Notes: generated by a model from the letters alone, not told the origin. Counted from the first letter of the stretch, positions 1 through 7,827 are shown. The stretch: 24,626 bases of DNA from Myxococcales bacterium (GCA_038320275.1 JBBQEB010000045.1:1-24626), one strand, 5' to 3'. Program-made: numbers and translations.

Positions 1-1106
1 GCCGAGGCTGACCTTGTTCTCGGGCCGGCAGTAAGAGGCGATGCCATCCCAGTGCCGGTCGATCATCGCCGCGAACTTCCGGTACGGCTCGAGCCGCTGC
101 CACTTGAGGCCCTCCTTCCAGCGCGTGAAGAAGGCGCGTGCCCAGCCCTCGGTCTGGTAGCTCCAGAGGTAGCCAAAGGACTCCTTCAGGAGGTAGGCGG
201 CGTTGAGCCGCTTGTTCGCCTTGAGCAGCTTCCTGAGGCTCGCTCGTCCGTCGTGGCTGAGGTGCTGTCGGCTCGAGAGCAGGGTGTAGCGCTGGCCCTT
301 GATGAAAGACCGGTCCTTCCCGGCGAGCCTTCGGTACTCGCTGCGGCGCACCTCGTCGAGCGCGTCCGAAAGGTGGCGCATGATGTGGAACTTGTCGAAG
401 ATGACGCGGGCCTGGGGCGCGTTCCTCGCCAGCGAGTTGCGGAATGCCTTCCACATGTCCATCGCGGCGAGTTCGATGCGCGCCGTCTTCTTCGGGCCCA
501 GCGCAGCGAAGAAGAGGTCGAAGTCCGCCTCGGTGCGACCCTGGCCCCCCACCCAGATCGGCCGCCCTCGGTCGAGGTCGCTCACCACGATGCGGTAGTC
601 GTGGCCCTTGCGGATGGAGATCTCGTCGACGCCGATGGCCCTGGGCGCAGGCATGCCGGCGCGCTCGACCTGCTTGCGCATGTAGACCTTGTCGAGGCTC
701 TTCACCGTGCTGTCGTGCAGACGCTCCAGCTCGGCCACTGCCTTGTTGGTCATCTCCCGGCAGAGCGCGCCCACGTGCATCGCGAACCGCTGCGTGAAGC
801 GCGGGTTCCTGGCCAGCCAGTCGAGCCGCTCTACGTACACGCCGCCGCACCTCGGGCAGTTGACCCGCCACCGCTCGAACTCCACGTAGATCCGCCACCC
901 GGCCACCGAGAGGTCGCGAGCGCGGCAGGGTCGCTGGTCGTACCGGGTCCGGCAGCGCCGACCGCACTGCCCGCAGAGCGTAGTTTTTTTCGGCGACGAA
1001 GGCGGATGACTCGAGCGTACCGGTCACCGAAGACACCGGCGAGCTGCGCCTGAGCGACGAAGCCCGGCAGCGAGAAGAGCGTGCGGATCGTGGTGGGAGC
1101 CTTCAC
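1..1106 (-). CDS. ISL3-family transposase, -1 frameshift at 984-990, 3' end beyond the window
   Basis: Frame 0 from GTG 1106 gives MKAPTTIRTLFSLPGF...RVIRLRRRKK. The -1 frame from 984 is open to base 1 and contains the zinc finger CGQC...CPRC plus IGVDE, AMDMWKAF, IFDKFH and RHWDGI motifs. The ORF track misses this frame because it has no stop in the window. Confidence 0.92.
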
Positions 1107-1354
1107 CGGTGCAGCGTGCCCGGCAGCTTCACCGGTTCCAAGCTCGAACTGCACGTCGGGCCAGAGAGGGTTTGCCCGACGGCTGCCCCGCAGCCGTCAT
1201 GCGTGCCAGAAGAGCCGGAGCGTCGGTCCTGTCACCCGGAGGGCCGGAGCGCAGCGGAGGAGGCGCGCTTGCGCGCCTTGACGGGGAGGCTACGCCGGGT
1301 GGGGAGAACCTTCACCGGCGCAAGGCTGTCCCGACAGCTGCACCACTTCCAAGC
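1092..1354 (-). repeat. Imperfect ~55-bp direct repeat of the promoter/start module (copies at 1092-1143 and 1298-1354)
   Basis: Copy A is GCTTGGAACCGGTGAAGCTGCCGGGCACGCTGCACCGGTGAAGGCTCCCACC. Copy B is GCTTGGAAGTGGTGCAGCTGTCGGGACAGCCTTGCGCCGGTGAAGGTTCTCCCCACC. Confidence 0.75.
1113..1141 (-). promoter_or_regulatory. Candidate sigma70-type promoter of the ISL3 transposase (leaderless)
   Basis: TTGGAA (1141-1136), 17 nt, CACGCT (1118-1113), 6 nt, then GTG 1106. No Shine-Dalgarno (SD) sequence is present. Confidence 0.5.
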
Positions 1355-2029
1355 CCACCCTCAACGCCACAAATCAGCGTCAGAGGCTCGTTTCATGCGT
1401 CACGACGCCCTTGATCGACCCACTTGATCCCGCGAAGACCCAGAAATGTAGGTCAAGTCCCGCATCTTGTGTAAATCGGACTCACGGCGGTGAAGCTCCC
1501 GGTTCGAGTCACGCAGCCTTGGCTTCGGCGGCCTCCTTCAACGTCAGCAGGGACATGTCCAGGTAGCGGCGGTCGGTCCAGATGGCGGTCACGTTGAGTG
1601 CGACGGCGGTGACGAGGCGGAGGGCGCTCGCGCGGTCCGGGAACGCGCCGACCGCGTTGGTGCGCCGCTTGATCTCGCCGTGGAGCCGCTCGAGGCCGTT
1701 GGTGGAGCGGATGCGATGCCAGTGAGCCTTGGGGAAGGCGTAGAACTTGGTGGCCGCCTCGAAGCCTGCCTCCAGGCATGCCATGGACTCCGGGAGCTGC
1801 CGCCCGAGGCCTGCGGAGAGGTCCGCCATCCGCCGCCGGGCTTCGGCCCTGGTGGGCGCCAGGAACACCTGCCAGACAGCCTTGGCGAGCCGCGCCCTGA
1901 GCTTCTGGGGGGCCTTCCCGACGACGTTCCGCTGGAGATGTACGCAGCATCGCTGCTGCTGCGCCTCGGGCAGGTGGTGGCGCACGGCCTTGGCGATTCC
2001 GGCGTGTGCGTCGGCGATCACGAGCTGAA

Positions 2030-2037
2030 CCCCCGAC
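2030..2037 (+). repeat. 8-bp target-site duplication of IS66 (second copy at 3579-3586)
   Basis: CCCCCGAC directly abuts both IS66 ends. Confidence 0.96.
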
Positions 2038-3578
2038 GTAAGCGTTCACGGGTAGAAGGCCCATGATATCGATCGCTTGCGCAGGGGGGATCGACAAGGA
2101 GTGAAGGACGTGATCTACGCTGGCTGTGCCGCAGCCGGATCCACGCGACGCCCGCATCGCCGAGCTCGAGGCGAAGATCGCTTGGCTCATGGCGCGGGTC
2201 GCTCAGCTGGAGGCCGAGACCGCGGCCCTGCGTGCCGAGAACGCCGACCTGCGCGCACGGCTCGGGCAGAACTCTCAGAACTCGTCGAAGCCGCCGTCCA
2301 CCGATCCACCGGGCACGCCACGGGAGCCGAAGGCACCCACGGGTCGCGCCCGTGGTGGACAGCCCGGCCACGATGGGCACAAGCGAGACCTGCTCCCCGC
2401 GGATCGCGCGGTACCGGTGATCCCGACGCGATGCGACCGCTGCCAACGGCCGCTCCGCGGAACCGACCCCGACCCGCGCATCCACCAGGTCCTCGAACTG
2501 CCCGAAATCCGGCCCGACGTCACCAACTACGAGCTCCACGAGCTGGGCTGCGAGTGCGGAGCGAAGACGCGGGCGAGCTTGCCGGTCGGCGTTCCCCAGG
2601 GAGCCTTCGGACCCCGGCTCATGGCCGCGGTCGCCCTCTGCACCAGTCGCTTCCACATGCCCAAGCGCATGGCGCAGGAGTTCCTGCAGGACATGCTCGG
2701 CATCGAGGTTGCGCTCGGCTCGATTTCGAAGATGGAGCAGTCCGTGAGCGAGGCCATCGCCGCCCCGGTGGAGGAGGCCCGTACCGCGGTGCGGGAGCAG
2801 GCGGTCGCCCATCAGGACGAGACCGGCTGGCACCAGGGGATCGAGCAGGGGCGCAAGGGCCGGGCCTGGCTTTGGGTCGCGGTGACGGCGCTCGTCACGG
2901 TCTTCCGGATCGCACGCAGCCGCGGGGCCGAGGTCACCAAGGAGATGCTGGGGGAAGACTTCCGCGGCTTCCTCGTGGTGGACCGCTGGGCAGCGTATCG
3001 CTGGGTCGCGCGCGGCATGCGGCAGCTGTGCTGGGCGCATCTCATCCGCGACTTCTGCTGCTTCGCCGAGCGCGGCGGCGTCGGCGGCAAGATCGGCGAG
3101 CAGTTGCTCGAGCGTGCCGCGATCATGTTCCGCATGTGGCACCGCATCCGGGACGGGACCCTGACCCGCCGCACATTTCAGCGCCGGATGAAGCCGCTGG
3201 AGAGGTCCGTGGGCCGACTCCTCCGCAAGGCCGCGGTGTGCGGCGACGCCAAGATCGAGGGCATGGCGAAAGAGATCCTGAAGCACGAGCCTGCCCTCTT
3301 CACCTTCGTCTATGCCGATGGTGTCGAGCCGACGAACAACAAGGCTGAGCGGGCCCTGCGCAACGCCGTCATCTGGCGGAAGATCAGCTTCGGAACTGAC
3401 AGCGAGCGCGGCAGCCGCTTCGTGGAGCGCATCCTCACGGTGACCACCACCCTCAGGCAGCAGCGGCGTCACGCGCTGAGCTTCTTGACCTCCGCCTGCG
3501 AGGCCGCGCTGCACGACCGCCCGCCGCCCTCCCTGCTCCCTGCGGCGTGAGCAGGCCCCGCAGGGCGTGAACGGTTAC
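2038..3578 (+). mobile_element. IS66-family element, single-ORF (ISBst12-like) type, 1541 bp
   Basis: Ends GTAAGCGTTCACG and CGTGAACGGTTAC form a 12/13 inverted match. The element is flanked by the exact 8-bp duplication CCCCCGAC and has no tnpA or tnpB ORFs. Confidence 0.96.
2126..3550 (+). CDS. IS66-family transposase (TnpC-like), 474 aa
   Basis: N-terminal leucine-zipper-like helix, NSQNSSKPPS, GGQPGH, CDRC...CECG, and DDE motifs HQDETGW, VVDRWAAY, QLCWAHLIR and EPTNNKAERALR. Confidence 0.96.
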   Translation: MPQPDPRDARIAELEAKIAWLMARVAQLEAETAALRAENADLRARLGQNSQNSSKPPSTDPPGTPREPKAPTGRARGGQPGHDGHKRDLLPADRAVPVIPTRCDRCQRPLRGTDPDPRIHQVLELPEIRPDVTNYELHELGCECGAKTRASLPVGVPQGAFGPRLMAAVALCTSRFHMPKRMAQEFLQDMLGIEVALGSISKMEQSVSEAIAAPVEEARTAVREQAVAHQDETGWHQGIEQGRKGRAWLWVAVTALVTVFRIARSRGAEVTKEMLGEDFRGFLVVDRWAAYRWVARGMRQLCWAHLIRDFCCFAERGGVGGKIGEQLLERAAIMFRMWHRIRDGTLTRRTFQRRMKPLERSVGRLLRKAAVCGDAKIEGMAKEILKHEPALFTFVYADGVEPTNNKAERALRNAVIWRKISFGTDSERGSRFVERILTVTTTLRQQRRHALSFLTSACEAALHDRPPPSLLPAA

Positions 3579-4485
3579 CCCCCGACAAGCCGCGCTCGTT
3601 CAGCTGAGCGAGCAGGTCGCTCCAGGACGCCTCCGACTCCTCCGCACCGATGGTGACCGCCAGGAGTCGCCGGTGCCCGTCAAGACCGACGCCGTAGGCC
3701 ACCAGCGCCGAGACGTTCTCGACCTCCCGCGCCCAGCGGGCGTCGAGGAAGGTGGCGTCCAGAAAGAGGTACGGAATCGGGCCGTCGATGGGGGCCAGCC
3801 GGAGTTCCTCGACCTTGGTACCGAGCGTCTTCGCCGCCCGGCTCACAGTAGAGCGACTCACGTGCTCGCCCATGAGCGCCTCGGTGATCTGGCCGATGTC
3901 GCGCGTCGAGGCGCCGTGCACGTAGGCGGCCACCATGGTGTCATCGACCTCGGCGCTCCTGCGCTTGTAACGTTCGAACACCGCCCCGCCGGCCGAGCCG
4001 CCCTCGCGAGAGCGCGGCACCTTGAGGTCGATGGCGCCCATCGAGGTGATGAGCCGCCGCAGGTACGTCCCGTTGCGGCTGTCGACCCGCTGGGCCTGGC
4101 GCTCCCACTTCTTCGCGCCGACCAGGGCTCGGATCTCCTCCTCGAGCACGACCTCCAAGGCGACCCGGATCGCGCCCTGGCAGAGGACGCGGAGGTCCGT
4201 GCGAAAGTTCTCTTGCGTCGACAGCTCATGCTCGGCAACCTCGTTCACTGGGAGCTCCTTGGACTCGCCGGCAGGCGAGACCGTTGGTGTGGGTTACCGA
4301 GGAGCTTCCACTTCTTTCTCAGCCTCCGCGAACTTCCGATTCACACAATCTTAGGGACACGAACTCGCCGGCGTCGTGGCGCGTAGTGCGACGCGGCAAG
4401 GCGCAGGTCGGCTGGCGGCTCCCGGCCGCGGCGCCGTTCGTGCTGTCTGCGCGCAATGAAGAGGGGTTGGCCTGCGGGCCTTGCT

Positions 4486-5748
4486 TCAGGTGATGGCTTG
4501 GATTGCTGCGTGGTGATCGGCCTGCGCGAGGAGGAGCGCGTCGCGGAGCGTCTCCATCGCCCGCTGCCACGCGATGGGCTTGCCGTCCTTGCGGGGCGCC
4601 TGCTGGCGCCAGGCGCTCACCGCGTTGTAGCCGATGATCCTGAGCCAGCTGACCGTCTCGATGGAGGCCTTGCTCGCCTGGCAAGGCTGCGAGTCGTCCT
4701 CGCCGAGCATGACGTCGAGCGTCCAGTGGCAGTTGTTCTCGATGGCCCAGTGCATGCGCACCAGCGCCAGCTCCTGGTCGCGGGTCAGGATTTCCGCGGG
4801 AAGTGACGTGACGAAGTACCGCTGCTCCACGGCGGTGCACTCGCCCTTGGGGCTGTAGGTCGCCTGGCAGACGTACCAGAGCTGCTGGGCGTCCTCGATG
4901 TCGGCCTTGGGATCGCCGGCGACGGTGCGGGCGAACAGCTCTCGCACGATGGTGTGGCCGCGGTACTTCTCGGCGGTTCGCGCCAGCGGCTTGCCGATCG
5001 AGTAGTCCTGGCACTCGCGGGCGAGGGCGTACAGGTGGGGCTGGTTGCCCTTGAGGCCGAACAGGTACCAGCGGCCGAGCTGGGTCACGAGCTCCGCGTT
5101 CTCCCGGGCGCAGAGGCCCGCGTCGCCGGTCACGATCCGGAACTGCCCGCCCAGCTCTTCGCAGATCCTGGGGAGCAGCTCGCGGAAGGCGGTCGCCTCG
5201 CCCTCCTTCGAGCCGATGGTCTGCTGCCCGACGCAGGGGCAGACGGACGACGAGGTCAGCGTGGCGCGCAGCGCGCCGAAGGTCTGGAGCGACGAGCCGT
5301 CGGCGTCGTAGGACGACTGCCGGGCCCCCTCCACCGTCTCGCCGTCGGCGCGGGACCACGTCCCCTTGCCGTCGAAGCTCATCACGCCGAGCTTGAGCCG
5401 GTCGTTCTTCACCACCTTGCCGGCGATGAGCGCCTTCACCTGCGCGAAGACCGACTCCTCGAAGCCGACGGGGGACTGCGCCCCGAGGAGGCGGTAGAGG
5501 GTGGTGTCGCAAGGGGCCCCGCGTCCCAGGCCAAGGGCGCGCCGCGCTCCCAGGCCGAGGTCGGCGAAGAAGTCCTCGGCCCGCCGCAGGCTGAAGCGTC
5601 CCACAGCAAATGCGGCGGCGAGGCCACCCAGCAGGCCCTGGTGGTCATGGACCACCCAGGAACTCTCGCGGGGGTCATCGACCTCCGCGTCCCAGGGGAT
5701 GTTGGCGTGCCGCAGGGCACGCCGGGCTTGTGCTTCCGTGATCGACAT
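4486..5748 (-). CDS. ISAs1-family transposase, 420 aa
   Basis: Signatures SFDGKG, IVTGDAGLC, YLFGLKGNQPHL and RMHWAIENNCHWTLDVMLGED. SD AGGAG lies upstream. Confidence 0.95.
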   Translation of the reverse strand: MSITEAQARRALRHANIPWDAEVDDPRESSWVVHDHQGLLGGLAAAFAVGRFSLRRAEDFFADLGLGARRALGLGRGAPCDTTLYRLLGAQSPVGFEESVFAQVKALIAGKVVKNDRLKLGVMSFDGKGTWSRADGETVEGARQSSYDADGSSLQTFGALRATLTSSSVCPCVGQQTIGSKEGEATAFRELLPRICEELGGQFRIVTGDAGLCARENAELVTQLGRWYLFGLKGNQPHLYALARECQDYSIGKPLARTAEKYRGHTIVRELFARTVAGDPKADIEDAQQLWYVCQATYSPKGECTAVEQRYFVTSLPAEILTRDQELALVRMHWAIENNCHWTLDVMLGEDDSQPCQASKASIETVSWLRIIGYNAVSAWRQQAPRKDGKPIAWQRAMETLRDALLLAQADHHAAIQAIT

Positions 5749-5847
5749 GATCTCCTACCTCTCGGCCTCTCTCCTTTTGCGCGAGTCGGGCCGTCTTGGG
5801 GGGTGGGGCCCGCATAGCTCCACCCCTCTTCCTTTGTGCGCGAGGCG

Positions 5848-5876
5848 ATGATCGCCGGTGTCGATCCCGGCGTCGA
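5848..5876 (-). promoter_or_regulatory. Candidate ISAs1 transposase promoter overlapped by GATC sites
   Basis: TCGACG (5876-5871), 17 nt, GATCAT (5853-5848). GATC occurs at 5850, 5863, 5875 and 5884. Confidence 0.4.
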
Positions 5877-6019
5877 TCTTCCCGATCAGGAAATGGCGCC
5901 CGCTACCATCGGCAGGCTGCTCGCCGCACGAAACCTGGCCACCTTCGCGGCGGCAGCAGGATCGCCAGGCGGCGCAGCCGCGAGAGGGAACTCCCCGCGG
6001 TCAGCGGGAATCAGGTCTG

Positions 6020-6127
6020 GCGTCCCCCCCTACGGGCCGGACAGCGTGGATCTACAAGAGCCAGTGGGAAGGGGGCGACCGTCGAACTCGTAGCGCGGTG
6101 CGCCTCGGCGTGGTGGAGTGCGGTTAA
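6020..6127 (+). pseudogene. Probable 3' remnant (35 codons) of a gene truncated by the IS cluster
   Basis: ASPPTGRTAWIYKSQWEGGDRRTRSAVRLGVVECG ends in a TAA that overlaps the next ATG (TAATG, 6125-6129). The fragment starts at the candidate ISAs1 end. Confidence 0.4.
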
Positions 6128-7827
6128 TGGGGCGCCTCCGACTGCACCCGCACCTCGCTGCATTCGCGGGCTACGCCGCGCTTGCGTCCCTGCTCACGCG
6201 GCCGCTCGTGCCCCGGTTCTTTGAGGCCATCGCCGGCGACGCGGGGGATCCCTTCCAGACGCTGTGGGGGTTCTGGTGGTTTCACCGCGCGCTCGCGGAA
6301 GGACGCTCACCCTTCTTCTGCGACCTCCTGCACTGGCCGCAAGGCGCGCCGCTCGCATTCCAGAGCTGGGACCTGCCGTCCACCCTTGCAACGCTGCCTC
6401 TCTGGTCCGCGGTCCCGCCGCTGCCTGCAGTGAGCCTGTACAACGCCGCCGCGTTCCTCTCGTTTCCGCTCGCCGGGCTCGCGATGTACCTCTTGATTCG
6501 CGAGCTGTGGGGCGGGTACACCGGCGCGTTCGTCGCGGGCGCGATCCACACGTTCGGCAGCTGGCACTTCGCCCACGCAATAGGCCATCTACATTTGGAG
6601 TCCATGCAGTGGAACCCGCTGTTCTTCCTGGGGCTAGTGCGCGCCGTGCGTGGGCAGGGGCCGCACGCGATGCGGGGAGCAATCCTCGGCGGAGCCGCGC
6701 TCGCGCTCGCGGCGGGCGCGTCCTTCTACCACCTCCTCGCGTGCACGGTGGGCGGGGGGGCGCTGCTCGCAGCATGGGCATGGCAGGACCGCCGAACGGT
6801 GCTGAGCGCGCGCGTCGCGCGGCGGTTGGCCACTCTCGGAGGGCTTTTCCTGCTACTCGCCGGCTGGCTGTACGTGCTCATGCTGCGCGCGAAGGGAACG
6901 GAGCCATACGCCGGGGCGCACGCGTCGGACTACTACTCCGCCGACCTCCAGTCGTTCTTCATGCCCAACGAGGTGAGCATCTGGTCGGGATGGATCCGCA
7001 CGTACCGGCGGTGGACCGGCAACGCGGCGGAGAACGCTGCCTATCTCGGGTACGTACCGCTTGCGCTCGGCGCCTGGGCTGGCGTGCGGTCCCGCGCGGT
7101 GCGCCCGTGGCTCGCCGCGGCGGCGCTGGGCGTCGTGCTGAGCCTGGGGCCCTACCTCCACGTTCATGGCCACGTCGTCCGCGCTGTGCTCCTCCCCTAT
7201 GGTTGGATGGAGCGCCTCGCCCCCACACTCGCCTTTGCGGGCTGCCCCACACGGCTCTCCTGGCTCGCGACCTTCGGGCTCGTCGTCGCGGCGGGGTGGA
7301 GCCTACAGCGAATCGCCGATCGCGGCCCGCGGGGCGTTGCGGCGGCCTGCGGGCTCGGCCTGCTCGCCCTCATCGAGGTGGCGCCGCGGCCTCAGATCAT
7401 GGCGGCGTTCCCCGCGCCCGCGTTCCTGCGCGCGCTTGCCGCCGATCCCCAGCGGTGGGCCGTGCTGGACGCGAGCCAGCGCGAGCGCGCGCTCTGGAAC
7501 GGGACTCTCCACGGTCACCCGCAGCTGGGCGGTTACGTCACGCGCTCCCCGCTGCGGCTCGATCGCGCGCTGGACACGCCCGCGCTCCGGCCGTTTCTCG
7601 GTCCCTTTGAGGATCTGGAGCGCACGCCCGTCTACCGGGATGAGACGCTCCGGACCCTACGCCGACTCCGGGTCCGCTACGTGATCGCGGACGAGGAGCG
7701 AATCGAAAAAGTGCGCGAGCTTAGACTGCCCATCGCCTGGGAGGGCGAAGGGACATGGGTGTTTCGGGTGGAGGGGACTGACGGACCCGACGGGGAGATC
7801 CGCCCCGATGCGCCGCGCGGGACATGA
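6127..7827 (+). CDS. Polytopic membrane protein, GT-C/YfhO-like putative glycosyltransferase, 566 aa
   Basis: Many hydrophobic helices, an acidic GDAGDP motif in the loop after the first helix, and a soluble C-terminal domain (GHPQLGGY, LRVRYVIAD). The start could be GTG 6118. The family assignment is an inference. Confidence 0.7.
   Translation: MGRLRLHPHLAAFAGYAALASLLTRPLVPRFFEAIAGDAGDPFQTLWGFWWFHRALAEGRSPFFCDLLHWPQGAPLAFQSWDLPSTLATLPLWSAVPPLPAVSLYNAAAFLSFPLAGLAMYLLIRELWGGYTGAFVAGAIHTFGSWHFAHAIGHLHLESMQWNPLFFLGLVRAVRGQGPHAMRGAILGGAALALAAGASFYHLLACTVGGGALLAAWAWQDRRTVLSARVARRLATLGGLFLLLAGWLYVLMLRAKGTEPYAGAHASDYYSADLQSFFMPNEVSIWSGWIRTYRRWTGNAAENAAYLGYVPLALGAWAGVRSRAVRPWLAAAALGVVLSLGPYLHVHGHVVRAVLLPYGWMERLAPTLAFAGCPTRLSWLATFGLVVAAGWSLQRIADRGPRGVAAACGLGLLALIEVAPRPQIMAAFPAPAFLRALAADPQRWAVLDASQRERALWNGTLHGHPQLGGYVTRSPLRLDRALDTPALRPFLGPFEDLERTPVYRDETLRTLRRLRVRYVIADEERIEKVRELRLPIAWEGEGTWVFRVEGTDGPDGEIRPDAPRGT

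Larger units (their letters stand above)
1..1441 (-). mobile_element. ISL3-family insertion sequence; left end at 1441, right end outside the window
   Basis: The minus strand from 1441 reads GGGTCTTCGCGGGATCAAGTGGG, matching the GG(G/C)TCTTC start typical of ISL3 ends. The adjacent AT-rich 8-mer AGAAATGT (1442-1449) fits an ISL3-type target site. An ISL3 transposase lies inside. Confidence 0.85.
1509..4248 (-). pseudogene. IS256-family (mutator-type) transposase split by an IS66 insertion
   Basis: The N-terminal half (4248-3579) has RNG.Y.R.L, LKVPRSR, GASTRDI and YLFLDAT. The C-terminal half (2029-1509) has VIADAHAGI, QRCCVH and IRSTNGLERLHGEIKRR. Removing 2038-3586 rejoins ...NERGLSG|VQLVIADAH... 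into a 396-aa ORF. SD AAGGAG precedes GTG 4248. Confidence 0.95.
1451..4364 (-). mobile_element. IS256-family insertion sequence interrupted by IS66
   Basis: Imperfect terminal inverted repeats at 1451-1480 (GGTCAAGTCCCGCATCTTGTGTAAATCGGA) and 4335-4364 (revcomp GTTCGTGTCCCTAAGATTGTGTGAATCGGA) are 22/30 identical. The exact ends may differ by 1-2 nt. No flanking target duplication is visible. Confidence 0.88.
4365..6019 (-). mobile_element. ISAs1-family element; boundaries uncertain
   Basis: An ISAs1 transposase with non-coding flanks. A candidate left end CAGACCTGATTCCCG (minus strand from 6019) coincides with the start of a host gene remnant. No matching right end is seen before IS256. Confidence 0.55.

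Noticed and set aside
52..1053. 333-aa plus-strand ORF
   Set aside because: Antisense shadow of the ISL3 transposase; high GC suppresses stop codons and it has no motifs.
2018..3514. 498-aa minus ORF and 423-aa plus ORF (2077-3348) as extra IS66 genes
   Set aside because: Shadow or alternative frames of the IS66 transposase with no TnpA or TnpB features.
4319..5512. 397-aa minus ORF overlapping the ISAs1 transposase
   Set aside because: Arg-rich alternative frame that crosses into IS256; an artefact of GC content.
5836..6093. Short ORFs in the ISAs1 upstream flank as passenger genes
   Set aside because: They straddle the candidate IS end and have no recognisable motifs. Only the 6020-6127 tail is kept, at low confidence.
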